Shown here: positions 1 through 9,752 of the stretch, piece by piece
How the letters are laid out: each line of letters begins with the position of its first letter
Numbering within the stretch: the first letter of the stretch is position 1
DNA from: Nanobdellota archaeon
Lineage (GTDB): Archaea; Nanobdellota; Nanobdellia; Woesearchaeales; GW2011-AR4
NCBI GenBank assembly: GCA_038046385.1
Contig: JBBSWH010000001.1
Span: 119,211-183,210, forward strand
Direction of reading: 5' to 3'
DNA length: 64,000 nucleotides
The notes under the pieces: model-generated
Told to the model about the DNA's origin: nothing
Databases searched by the model: none
The model's input: only the letters and a program-made list of their open reading frames with translations
Program-made: the position numbers and the translations under genes

Positions 1-2568
1 ATCTTTTCCGCTTAATTCCTGTACAGAGCCAACCAAAGCAGGCCAGAAATAGTCAACCAAATCAGAGTAATTATAATTCGCGCATGTTTCGCATTCTTCA
101 TAAGGGCCGCCGGTAATCTCAATGAGCCACACATTTTTTCCTTTGCTTGACATCTCCATTCCTAAATCCTGCCATGAGGTTATGTCTGCCCATAAACCGC
201 CGCTCATGACAACAGGTGTTGTATCATCAAGATAAAGCAGATAATCCCCGCTGGCATCCGGCTTGAGGTTTTTCAGCCTTAAAGTGAAATTATTGGAAGT
301 GGTAACATTAAAATCTATTTCTGTGAACATCTCCCCATTCAGCGCATTCCTCACAATCGTTTTGAAAGCGTTATTTTGCAATTTATAATTTTCATTATTC
401 CCATCAATATGGAGATAATCATAAACTTTGACTGCATCTGCATTTTCATCATCAATAAACGCTGATTCAACACCTTTAGTGCCTAAAAACAATGCCTGAT
501 TTTTAATAAATTCCTTAACTCCTACTATGTCACCCTCTATATCATTGCCTGCTATCATTATCTGCCTTCCTGCCTCAAGAATGCCATTGTTCTCGAATGA
601 GGCAACCAATGCAGCGTAAGGATTTGAAGCAGTTTCATCAAGATAGATTATGCTGCCATAATCATATCCAAACCCATTCTCCTCCAGAAGAATTTTATTC
701 TTAATTTGATTCCTTGGGTGGTTTTTGCCGATGAAAATAGAAACGTCTGCTCCAAACTCGCTTTTTGCAGGATAACCATTAACCAGATTGTCTTTTATAT
801 AGTTTTCAATCTCATTGTTTATCAATGGAATGCCAACATCAGAAAAGATATACACGTAGGGCAAATCAATAAACTCTTTTTCAAGCGCATTGTTTGACTC
901 GTCATCTTCTTCAATCTCGTTGTCAAAGTCAACGCTTGCAATTATTATATCTCCGTCTTTTACGCTGATTAATGCGCTTACATTTATCTCTTTATTCCTG
1001 CTTAAATTAAAAATAAAAGTAGCGTTTTCAAGAGTGTTTTTATTGTAAATTACTGTTTTTATATTCTCTAAAGGAATCTCGGAGTTTGAAACAGTTACAG
1101 AAACATTAACATGGCTCTCGTCATACTTAAAGAAAGTTATTTCTGAAGCTGTTAAATCCCTGTTGTAATCTTTGCCGTCCAAAAACACAATTATCTGCGA
1201 CCCTCTTGTCCACAGTAAATCAACTCCTTCATTGCCGTCTATGTCAACTGCAATGGGACTTAATGTGTCAAGGCCGTAATTAAACAGCGCAGTCCCGTTG
1301 TTATAATACGCTTTGGAAGCTGTTATAATATCCATCTTGCCGTCATTGTTCAAGTCGGCAGTCATTGCAGTGCCTTTTACACCGTCCTGAATGCCGCTTA
1401 TGTTAGTCTCTGCCAAAATGGCGCCATTATAATCATAGCAGGCCATCGCCATGTGAGAGAAAACAATAGCCCCATCCTTCTTCTTTACATCTTTGATGAA
1501 GCAAATGTCATCTAAACCGTTTTTATTATAATCCATAATAAAAGGGTTTGTGCCTTCCCATCTGTCGCTTGCACCGTAGCCATCATTGCAGCCGGAGTTT
1601 ATTACAGTGGGGGCTTCGCATTTGGAAAACATTTTAGTGCCGTTTTGAGAATAAACATACAATTCAGTGAACCAGTCTGTCGTCGCGTCAGTGTTGGCAA
1701 CATCATCATAAAATGCGCTTGCAGCTATCTCAAGCTTCTTGTCATTATTCAAATCAACTAAAACTGGCTGACCTTTCAGCTGAAAGTTTTTTGACGAAGC
1801 GGTGGGTGCCCATGACGAAAATATGCTGTCAATAATCCCATTTCCGTTAAAGAGGGTATCTAGAGACCTGTTTGTCAAGTCAAAAACCAAAAACCCATAA
1901 CCAGTTACACCATTTTCGTCAAACCAGAAAACTGCTTCTGTGTGGCCGTTATTGTGCAAATCTCCAATTGCAGGCACTGTGTAAAAAATCTCCTGTTTTA
2001 CAGAGGTGTTATAACTTGTGTCATTTTTTGCATCAAGGTCAACAATATGCACATAATTCTGCTTGTCTTTAAACACGCAGATAGGTGTATTGTTCAATTT
2101 TAGGCATTTTATTCCGCTTAAATTTGAATCACGCGGCAAGGAAATATTGAATTTCTGTTTTAATGATTTTTCCGAATACTCATAGGCAAAAAAATAATCC
2201 AAAGAGCCTTGCCGCGCATTGAAAATAATCTCTATGTTTTTGTCATTGTCAAAATCAAACAATGCAGGCTGTCCAAGCAAAGCGCCAACTTTCAATTGGG
2301 ATAATATACTAAGTTTTTTGTTAAAAACTATTAAAGAATCGTTGGAGAAAATAACAATCTCCCTGCTTTTGTTTGCATCCAAGTCATCAACCAAAGGCTG
2401 GAAATTCATCCCGAGCGAACTGTCATTAAAATTAGACGTTTCTGCAGGAAAATTTCCCGTTTCATCTGTAGAGCCGCTACTTCCAAGGCTGTTTTGATAA
2501 GTATCCCACGAAGCTGTAGCTAAAGAACCGAATAGTACAAAAACTAACAAGTAAACTACCACCCTCAT
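1..2568 (-). CDS. Large secreted multidomain protein, partial at the window edge: signal peptide, FG-GAP/VCBS-like repeats, probable CARDB/Ig-like region, start of an alpha/beta-hydrolase-like domain
   Basis: Not in the ORF track because it runs off the edge. Manual translation from ATG at 2568 gives MRVVVYLLVFVLFGSLATASWDTYQN..., with DLDANK, DFDNDK and GDLHNNG-type repeats, ending GGLWADITSWQDLG...NVWLIEITGG...DLVDYFWPALV. Frame was spot-checked, not read codon by codon. Confidence 0.75.
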   Translation of the reverse strand, partial: MRVVVYLLVFVLFGSLATASWDTYQNSLGSSGSTDETGNFPAETSNFNDSSLGMNFQPLVDDLDANKSREIVIFSNDSLIVFNKKLSILSQLKVGALLGQPALFDFDNDKNIEIIFNARQGSLDYFFAYEYSEKSLKQKFNISLPRDSNLSGIKCLKLNNTPICVFKDKQNYVHIVDLDAKNDTSYNTSVKQEIFYTVPAIGDLHNNGHTEAVFWFDENGVTGYGFLVFDLTNRSLDTLFNGNGIIDSIFSSWAPTASSKNFQLKGQPVLVDLNNDKKLEIAASAFYDDVANTDATTDWFTELYVYSQNGTKMFSKCEAPTVINSGCNDGYGASDRWEGTNPFIMDYNKNGLDDICFIKDVKKKDGAIVFSHMAMACYDYNGAILAETNISGIQDGVKGTAMTADLNNDGKMDIITASKAYYNNGTALFNYGLDTLSPIAVDIDGNEGVDLLWTRGSQIIVFLDGKDYNRDLTASEITFFKYDESHVNVSVTVSNSEIPLENIKTVIYNKNTLENATFIFNLSRNKEINVSALISVKDGDIIIASVDFDNEIEEDDESNNALEKEFIDLPYVYIFSDVGIPLINNEIENYIKDNLVNGYPAKSEFGADVSIFIGKNHPRNQIKNKILLEENGFGYDYGSIIYLDETASNPYAALVASFENNGILEAGRQIMIAGNDIEGDIVGVKEFIKNQALFLGTKGVESAFIDDENADAVKVYDYLHIDGNNENYKLQNNAFKTIVRNALNGEMFTEIDFNVTTSNNFTLRLKNLKPDASGDYLLYLDDTTPVVMSGGLWADITSWQDLGMEMSSKGKNVWLIEITGGPYEECETCANYNYSDLVDYFWPALVGSVQELSGKD

Positions 2569-2597
2569 TTTTAACTAGAGCTTTAAAGAATCTGTAT

Positions 2598-2744
2598 TTA
2601 AACTTTTACATAAATATTTATTTCCCAGGTTTTTACACCTTTTTTTTTAGCTTCATCACAATCCATTATGGATTCCATCATATCAGAATTCATTAATATC
2701 CTTTTTTCTTCAGGGTATTTTTTAAGAACAATCTTCTTTTTCAT
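2598..2744 (-). CDS. Putative 48-aa microprotein with weak antitoxin-like appearance
   Basis: Manual translation MKKKIVLKKYPEEKRILMNSDMMESIMDCDEAKKKGVKTWEINIYVKV*; fills the gap between two minus-strand genes. Confidence 0.35.
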   Translation of the reverse strand: MKKKIVLKKYPEEKRILMNSDMMESIMDCDEAKKKGVKTWEINIYVKV

Positions 2745-2800
2745 AAATCTATCAATTTACTAAGAATCTAATAAACTTTCCTATTAAAATAAACCTATTT

Positions 2801-4186
2801 TTACCTGCTGTGCCTATGACCCTGCGAAGGCCTTGCACCGTAAGATGGCCTGCTGTGGCTTCTTGAAGGCGATCCCCTGTAACCTGATGAAGAACCCTCT
2901 CTTGGGCCAGATGATGGGCTTTGTCTTTGCTCTCCAAAAGTTTCCCTTGGGCCTGAAGAATGGCTTCTTGGCCCGAAAGAAGTCCTGTTGGAACCGCCTC
3001 TTCCCCTGTAACCGCCAGTTCTATTCCCACCTGACCTTTGCCCGAATCCTCTTGGGCCTTCGTCGCTTGGAACAGATGCATTAAAGCCGACTTTTTCAAA
3101 TTCAGGCAGCTTGATTTCTTTTATCGCAATTGACCTGTCTCCTAAAATCGCCCTGAAATTATCATGATCCTCATTCGAAAGCAATGAAATAACCTTTCCC
3201 TGGCTTCCTGCCCTTGCAGTCCTTCCAATCCTGTGAATATATTCTTTTGATGTCTTTGGAAGATCGTAATTGATAACATGGTTGATGTCTTTTACATCGA
3301 TTCCTCTTGCAGCGACGTCACTTGCAACAAGAACGCTTGCTTTTCCCTGCTTGAAAAGCTCCATTGAATTGGTTCTCCTGCTTTGCGTTAAACCGCCGTG
3401 CAAACTTATCGACGGTATTCCGTTGCCGTAAAGGTTCTTGCTGACAATGTCAACTCTTCTCCTTGTAGCGCAGAATATAATTGTAATCCCCGTTCCTTGT
3501 TTTAAAAGATGCACAAGAAGCGAAAACTTATCGCGTGAATTAACCTGATAATAAAACTGCTCCAGCATTGCTTCCTCAACATAAGACTGGACTTTTAATT
3601 TCTGAGGCTCCTTCATGTGATGCCTGACTATATCCATTACCTGTGTTGACATTGTCGCGCTGAAAAGCAGTGTTTGCCTGTTTTTTGGCAGTCTTGAAAT
3701 TATTTCTTTAACATCATCAACGAATCCCATCTCAAACATTTTGTCTGCTTCATCCAAGACTAATGTTTTGACCTTTGTAAGATTTATTGTTCCCCTGTTT
3801 ATGTGGTCAAGCATTCTTCCCGGTGTTGCAACAACAACATCAGAATGCCTTAATCCAGTTATCTGCGGGTTTATTGCAACTCCGCCGTAAACAGTCATTA
3901 CGCTTGTTCTTTTGTACTTTGAGAATTTGATTATTTCGCCTGCAACCTGTTCGCACAGTTCCCTTGTTGGAACAAGGACCAATGCCTGTATGCCTGCTCT
4001 GTGCTCTATTTTTTCAAGTATAGGCAATGAGAATGCAGCTGTCTTTCCTGAACCGGTTTTTGACTGGCCTATAACATCGTGGCCTGCCTTGATTAATGGA
4101 ATCGCCTTTAGCTGAATCTCTGTAAATTCAGCATATCCCATATCCTTCAATGCCTTGACCAATTCTGGCTGTATGTGAGAATCCAT
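2801..4186 (-). CDS. DEAD-box RNA helicase with RG/S-rich disordered tail
   Basis: Q motif, TGSGKT, PTREL, TPGR, DEAD, SAT, ARGID and HRIGRTAR motifs. Start moved to ATG 4186 (MDSHIQ) because a separate small gene lies upstream. Confidence 0.93.
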   Translation of the reverse strand: MDSHIQPELVKALKDMGYAEFTEIQLKAIPLIKAGHDVIGQSKTGSGKTAAFSLPILEKIEHRAGIQALVLVPTRELCEQVAGEIIKFSKYKRTSVMTVYGGVAINPQITGLRHSDVVVATPGRMLDHINRGTINLTKVKTLVLDEADKMFEMGFVDDVKEIISRLPKNRQTLLFSATMSTQVMDIVRHHMKEPQKLKVQSYVEEAMLEQFYYQVNSRDKFSLLVHLLKQGTGITIIFCATRRRVDIVSKNLYGNGIPSISLHGGLTQSRRTNSMELFKQGKASVLVASDVAARGIDVKDINHVINYDLPKTSKEYIHRIGRTARAGSQGKVISLLSNEDHDNFRAILGDRSIAIKEIKLPEFEKVGFNASVPSDEGPRGFGQRSGGNRTGGYRGRGGSNRTSFGPRSHSSGPRETFGEQRQSPSSGPREGSSSGYRGSPSRSHSRPSYGARPSQGHRHSR

Positions 4187-4194
4187 GTTGTTAT

Positions 4195-4338
4195 TTAGTC
4201 CAGCACAAGACCGCATTTTTTGCAATAAAATTCTTCTCTGGCATATTCGATTTCTTCGCTTCCGCAGTCAGAGCAGACTCTAAGCAAATCTTCACGCTTA
4301 ACTGTTTCTAGAGTTCTCTGTACCCCAACGTATACCAT
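4195..4338 (-). CDS. 47-aa TFIIB/TFB-type zinc-ribbon microprotein
   Basis: Manual translation MVYVGVQRTLETVKREDLLRVCSDCGSEEIEYAREEFYCKKCGLVLD*; CxxCGS...E.yCxxCGLV pattern; TATA-like element about 25 nt upstream. Confidence 0.8.
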   Translation of the reverse strand: MVYVGVQRTLETVKREDLLRVCSDCGSEEIEYAREEFYCKKCGLVLD

Positions 4339-4429
4339 AGTATTCTTGTAAGTTTAGCCCTTTTTAAATGTTTCGTTTTAATCACAGATTAGGGATAACA
4401 TATTTAATCTTTGGACTTTTCCAAAAAAT

Positions 4430-4846
4430 ATGGTAAGACTAAACAAGTATCAGATAACCTGCAGGGAAATTTTCACAGGCACAAGAGCGCCTTTTAGCTC
4501 TGATTTCGTCTGGTACACTGGATTGGCAGATACAGCTTCTGCTGCTGAAGAATTTGTGCGTAAAGTTCGAGAATGTGATGGCGTTTGGTTCAGGAAACAT
4601 ATAGGCCAAAGGCTTACTCATGCATCTGGCCAGACAATTGAGGACTTGGTGGAGATTTCTAATGACCCTCAGACAATTTTTGTCAGCAAAGAGGCAATGC
4701 AGGAAAGAGCTGCAGTTCCTGAGGCAACGACCCAGTTGCTCGTCTGGGGATCTTATGTATACTCCTGGCAAAATGAAACAATGCAAAAATTATTGCCTGT
4801 AAAATTCTATGTTGAAAAAAGAAAACGGAAGCCTTATGACTCTTAA
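4430..4846 (+). CDS. Hypothetical protein (orphan)
   Basis: 138-aa ORF; its stop overlaps the stop of the convergent Rad50-like gene (4843-4846). Confidence 0.6.
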   Translation: MVRLNKYQITCREIFTGTRAPFSSDFVWYTGLADTASAAEEFVRKVRECDGVWFRKHIGQRLTHASGQTIEDLVEISNDPQTIFVSKEAMQERAAVPEATTQLLVWGSYVYSWQNETMQKLLPVKFYVEKRKRKPYDS

Positions 4847-6912
4847 GCCACAACACTAACGCCATCCTGCTTCTGCACTCTGATAATATTCTCAACAAAT
4901 CCTTCTATCTTGCTTTCGTGAGAAACAATAATGACCTGTTTCATGTTTAACTGCGTTAAAACATCACGGACTTTATCCAGCTGCTCTGTGGAAAACCCGT
5001 CAGTCGGCTCGTCAAGCATTATGATGTCTTTTGTCTTTATCTCGGCGACAATGTCATTGACAACTTTATTTAATGCCAGCCTGTATGCCAAAGCAACCGA
5101 TGTCTTCTCTCCGCCGCTTAAATTTTCGATATAAGTTTCATATCCGTTCTGCTCAATTATCGGAGTGAATTCATCGTCAACGCGCACATTTATCGCCTCA
5201 TCTTCAATTAAAATATCAAACCAGTTTCTGAATAAATCATTAAACTGCGAATGAATGCTTACCATGACGTGCTTCTCCATCGTTGACATCAAATTCAGGA
5301 ACATCTCGTCAATCCAGTTGCTTAACTGCGCAAGATGGGCTATCTTTTCCTTTGCCTTCTGCTTTTCTTCAATTTCCTTTTCAACGTTTTTCAAAAACCT
5401 TGATATTGACAGTTTTTCAGTCTCGTATTTTTTGTGCTCTATCTCGAGGAATCTTTCTTCCGGCAGCAGCAAATCTAGCTCTTTTTTCATTTCTTTGTAT
5501 TTTTCCTCTATGCTTGAATGCTGCTGGATTTTTAAGTTTAAATCAGATTTTTTTGAATTCAGAATCCCGATTTCTTTCTTGACTGTTTCTTTCAGCTTTG
5601 TTTTGTCATCTTTCATCCTTGATTTCTCGTCTATGTTTTCAATTTTTATTTTCAGGATGCTCATTTTATTCTGCTCCCTCATAAGACTGTCAATTTCATT
5701 TTTTAATTCTATTTTTAATTTTGATATTTTTTCATCTTCTTCATTCAATATTCTTATTTTCTCGACAAGCTCTTCGTGCTTTTCGCTTTCCCTTTCGCTT
5801 ATTCCGTGCTTATGGTCATCACCGACTTTCTGCTCGCATACAGGGCACATGTCAAGCGATTTTATTTTTTTGATTGTTTCGTTTGAATGATCTATCTTCG
5901 CTTTGCACTCGCTGATTTTTTTTACTGTTATTTTGTAATTTTCATCCAGTCTTCTCATTTCATTGTCTTTTTCAGTTATCTTTTTGCCGATGCTGTTGAA
6001 ATCCTCAAGAGACTTTCCTTCTGTCTCTGTTTTTAATGCTTCAATCTGCGTTTCAAGCTTTTTTATCTCGTCATTCAAGCGGTTGTTTTGCTCTATTCTC
6101 AACACAAGATTGTTTTCTGCAACATTTAATTCGTTTTTTAAAATTGCAAGTTCTTTAATCTCTTTTTCAACAACTTCAATTGAAAGTTTTTTTGCTCCTA
6201 CTATCTTTTTTATCTCTTCAATCTTCGGGAGCATTGCAGTCATCTTGTGGTCAATGTCGAGAATCTCTTTTTTTCTTTCTTCCAACTCTCTTTTTTTGTA
6301 ATCCAAATCAATAACAAACCCTTCAAGGTGCCGTTTTTTCTCCCTCAATGCAGATGTGATTATTTTTGCATTCTCTTTTATTGTCTTGTACTTATCAATG
6401 TTGAACACTTTTCTTAAAGTATCCAATCGCGTTTCCCTGCTTTCGTAGAGTATTTTTTTCATCTCTTCCTGCGGAGTGTAGACTGTGTACCTGTAAATCA
6501 TATCCTTCCCCTTTTTTATCAGGTCTTTTGGATAGCCTAGAATTTCTAAAACAATAGCCCTCAATTCTTCTGACGTTCCGTCTTTCTTTAATCCATTTAT
6601 TATGACATAGCCTGCTTCCTGCTTTATGTCATTTGAGCTTCTCTTCAGCGTTCTTTTTATCAGAATGTCCTTGTTTTCAATCTGCATCCTTAATTCGACG
6701 CTTCCTTCCTTTTTTCCGTGCCTGAGAAGAGTATATGCCGGCAATTCTCCTTTCTTTGCGCCGAAAATTGCAAACTCAACTGCAAGAAGTATAGTTGACT
6801 TTCCGCATCCGATGTCGCCTGACAATAAAACAGACCCGTTTGGGAAAACAATATCCTGGTTTTCATAACTTCTTATGTTGTTTAATTTAATGGATTTTAG
6901 GAGCATACGCAT
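4843..6912 (-). CDS. rad50: Rad50/SbcC-like SMC-family ATPase
   Basis: Walker A GDIGCGKS, long coiled coil with CPVC zinc hook, LSGGE signature, LDEPT Walker B, VSH. Start may be 6906. Confidence 0.88.
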   Translation of the reverse strand: MRMLLKSIKLNNIRSYENQDIVFPNGSVLLSGDIGCGKSTILLAVEFAIFGAKKGELPAYTLLRHGKKEGSVELRMQIENKDILIKRTLKRSSNDIKQEAGYVIINGLKKDGTSEELRAIVLEILGYPKDLIKKGKDMIYRYTVYTPQEEMKKILYESRETRLDTLRKVFNIDKYKTIKENAKIITSALREKKRHLEGFVIDLDYKKRELEERKKEILDIDHKMTAMLPKIEEIKKIVGAKKLSIEVVEKEIKELAILKNELNVAENNLVLRIEQNNRLNDEIKKLETQIEALKTETEGKSLEDFNSIGKKITEKDNEMRRLDENYKITVKKISECKAKIDHSNETIKKIKSLDMCPVCEQKVGDDHKHGISERESEKHEELVEKIRILNEEDEKISKLKIELKNEIDSLMREQNKMSILKIKIENIDEKSRMKDDKTKLKETVKKEIGILNSKKSDLNLKIQQHSSIEEKYKEMKKELDLLLPEERFLEIEHKKYETEKLSISRFLKNVEKEIEEKQKAKEKIAHLAQLSNWIDEMFLNLMSTMEKHVMVSIHSQFNDLFRNWFDILIEDEAINVRVDDEFTPIIEQNGYETYIENLSGGEKTSVALAYRLALNKVVNDIVAEIKTKDIIMLDEPTDGFSTEQLDKVRDVLTQLNMKQVIIVSHESKIEGFVENIIRVQKQDGVSVVA

Positions 6913-7031
6913 GTTAATGCTGGAAATTATATAAACGTTGTTGTACTTTTATTTAATTGATGATTTTGTTACTACTTAATAGGTAAGTCAAAATAGAAAG
7001 GTTTATAAATGGAGTTTGATGACTAAATTAG

Positions 7032-7973
7032 ATGGTTAGACATTCAAGGGTTAAACTTTCAACAAATAATACATTCAAAGCTCATGACGAAGGTAGTACA
7101 CTCGGAGCCACTGGGGAGCCTGCTTCTTTTAAAAGTATTGATGATGCTTTGTTCGATAGTGGAAGATTAAAGGAAAACAGTGCAATAGGTACAACTTCTC
7201 AGTTCAGCCAAGTAAATTGGAATATTCTTAATGGTTATATTGAAGGCCTTAGCAAATATCTTGCATCTAATAGGCTGGTTGTGCCTTCATCCCAAGTTCC
7301 TGATAATCTAATATTTCAGCAGGGAACAAACCCGGTTGATGTTTTAAAAACAAGGTCTGGACTTGAAGGATATCTAAAGGGAATGGAAAAATTAGCAGAC
7401 CCTTAAATAGACAGGCTTCAATTGGTTTACGATTTTTTAAATCAGAGAAACCCTGGCACAATCCCTGGCATGCAGTCTCGCGACACTCTTAAAAAATCCG
7501 CAGGATATGCTTTGGCAACAATTGTAAGAGTGTTTAGGGAAAATGGAGTAAAGCTTAGGGCAGGAGAATATCCTATTGATACAATCTCCCGCCATGCAGC
7601 AATTCAAATGGCAACCGGAAGAGCTACAAATCCGCGCGGGATGAGGAAAATAGAAAGGGAAGATTCTGAAGCAGTGCGATTTACGGATTTACTTTACAAA
7701 AGAGACGAGAATGTGGCAAGAGTATTCTTTTTGCTTGATCAAACCAGGAATTTAAGCAAAATGCATGCCAGCAGAGTTTTCGATTACACAGCTGATCCTA
7801 ATATTTTTAGGGCATTTCAAGCCGGATGTTTTGGAACTCGTTATAATCCTTTTCCAGATGAACAATCTGGTTTAGGCTCAGACACAAAAACAGGAAGGAG
7901 ATTAATGGACAGAATGGCAGTAGCATATGTAGACGGACAAAACCTTGCTGCAATGAAACAAAGACAACTTTAA
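7032..7973 (+). pseudogene. Orphan gene apparently interrupted by one in-frame TAA (7404-7406)
   Basis: ORFs 7032-7406 and 7422-7973 are in the same frame: ...GAC CCT TAA ATA GAC AGG CTT CAA TTG GTT...; a single BRE/TATA (GAAAGG TTTATAAA) at 6996-7009. Confidence 0.55.
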
Positions 7974-8941
7974 TCTTTTAATTTTTTCTTAAGATTTTCA
8001 ATAACATTAACAGGGGAAGGGTCTATATTATTCAGCAAGGCAAGATAATAAGAAGCAAAATCGCCGTAATAAATGCCGGAGAACATTCTTGCCAATAATG
8101 AATTTCCTTTTGTTGAAACTTCTTCAACATCAACCCTGTTGGAAGTTATTTCTTTTGTTATCATCATTCTTTTCTTTATCCTTTCATGGTCAAACTCGTC
8201 TTTTATGTAGATTGCAATGAATTTGTCTTTGGACATTGTCTGGTAACCGACAAGCTCATTATGGTTTAATTCAGGGAAAACATGAGAGAATGCAGGAGAT
8301 TTGCTGTTCTCATTCAGCTGTGTTTTCCACCTGTAAGCAACCGGCGCAAATAAATCAGAAGCATACACAATAGGGGTTTTGCCTTTTATTTTTTTAGCCA
8401 GTTCCTCTCCTTTTTTCTTGAAATCTTCAGTGTTCGAAAGAACATCAATCATTTCTTTTATTTCTTTTTCATTCAGCTCTATTATTCTGGAATTTGCAAG
8501 AACTCCAAGCATTGGAAGAAACAAATATCCAAGAGAGGCTCTTGGCTGCAATCCGGATGGAATTTTGATTGCTTTCTTTGCTTTCGCTCCAAGGTCTCCG
8601 CCGCTTGTTATCACAACAATCTTGGCTTTTTTCTTTGTTGCAGCATCAAATACCGAAAGCGTTTCTTCCGTGTTGCCTGAATATGAAACACAAAATACAA
8701 GCGTGTTTTCATCAACAAACCCGGGCAATGAATAATCTTTTACAACAAAGACCGGAATCTTTGAATCGTGCATGTACGATTTAAGCAAATCTCCGCCAAC
8801 AGCAGAACCGCCCATGCCGGCCACAACAATCTTATCGACCTTGCCTGTAACAGCCATCCCTTTTGTTAGCTCAAAAGCAGTTTTGCACTGGTTAGAGAAT
8901 CCTTCAAGAACTTTTATCATGTTAGAAGCGTCAGTTGGCAT
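7970..8941 (-). CDS. Bifunctional phosphoglucose/phosphomannose isomerase (SIS domain)
   Basis: GMGGS, SYSGNTEET, QPR, RWKTQLNENSK and PELNHNE motifs. Confidence 0.92.
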   Translation of the reverse strand: MPTDASNMIKVLEGFSNQCKTAFELTKGMAVTGKVDKIVVAGMGGSAVGGDLLKSYMHDSKIPVFVVKDYSLPGFVDENTLVFCVSYSGNTEETLSVFDAATKKKAKIVVITSGGDLGAKAKKAIKIPSGLQPRASLGYLFLPMLGVLANSRIIELNEKEIKEMIDVLSNTEDFKKKGEELAKKIKGKTPIVYASDLFAPVAYRWKTQLNENSKSPAFSHVFPELNHNELVGYQTMSKDKFIAIYIKDEFDHERIKKRMMITKEITSNRVDVEEVSTKGNSLLARMFSGIYYGDFASYYLALLNNIDPSPVNVIENLKKKLKD

Positions 8942-8987
8942 TTTAAGAATACAGTAAAGCTGATGTATAAAAATGTTTGGTTGAAGA

Positions 8988-9151
8988 GGCGTTATTGAAA
9001 AGTCCTCAGCTTTGAGCTTCGGGATGCCATCGCTCAGCTTGAATTGTATTGCAAGTTTGCATTTTTCTCTCTGGAACTCCGAAAAATGCCTAGTCCATTA
9101 TTTTGATAAGCTTCGCATATTGATGGCAACCTTCAACTTTTCAATAACGCC
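8988..9151. mobile_element. MITE, 164 bp, with 16-bp perfect TIRs and 8-bp TSD (IS1595-like signature)
   Basis: GGCGTTATTGAAAAGT (8988-9003) and ACTTTTCAATAACGCC (9136-9151), flanked by GTTGAAGA at 8980-8987 and 9152-9159. Confidence 0.85.
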
Positions 9152-9165
9152 GTTGAAGAAGAGAT

Positions 9166-9579
9166 TTATCGCCTTTTTCTGGGACGCGGGTCAGGACCGC
9201 GCCTTCGTTTTTTATGAAAATCAGAAAGATAATGTGCAATGCCGGTTCTGCTGTTCAAAAAAGATATTGCAGTTTTGACATATTCAGCTGTATCGGCTCT
9301 TATTCTACCTTTGATATCTTCTACCGAATAATCAATACTTATACTAAAACTTTTGGAATTCTGGGCAGAGCGTCTAATGGGGGATTGTCCATCTGTCTCA
9401 CTAACCTGCCCTTCCTCATAAAAAATCTCCTCAAGCGCATGATATTTCATTAGTTTTTGCGCTTGATTAGGAGACGCTTTTGAAACTATTTCAGCTTCTG
9501 CAGCCAAACGGTCTATAGATGACTTTATTGTTCCATAGACTTCTCTATTTGGGCCATCCAATGCTTCTTGTGTTACCAT
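9166..9579 (-). CDS. Hypothetical protein (orphan, basic C-terminus)
   Basis: 137-aa ORF divergent from rpl15e. Confidence 0.6.
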   Translation of the reverse strand: MVTQEALDGPNREVYGTIKSSIDRLAAEAEIVSKASPNQAQKLMKYHALEEIFYEEGQVSETDGQSPIRRSAQNSKSFSISIDYSVEDIKGRIRADTAEYVKTAISFLNSRTGIAHYLSDFHKKRRRGPDPRPRKRR

Positions 9580-9752
9580 TTTACAGATACCATTATCTTA
9601 TGCAGGTATTATAGCTGTACTTTTAAACATTCTCACCAATACCTTTTTAAACCAAAATATTATCCTCTAGCTATCGGGAAATGTAGGCACAGCTTGCCTG
9701 AATCCTTGACGTTTGAGAATATCTCGAACCAGCATAAACAACGGAGGCTAAA

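Noticed and set aside
2752-3099. Alternative-frame ORF over the helicase tail
   Set aside because: It is a by-product of the GC-rich low-complexity RG/S tail of the DEAD-box gene.
7404-7406. Selenocysteine/pyrrolysine recoding or an alternative genetic code
   Set aside because: The codon is TAA, which is used as a normal stop by many genes in this window.
9012-9278. 88-aa ORF as a transposase
   Set aside because: It crosses the MITE boundary and has no DDE or zinc-ribbon motifs.
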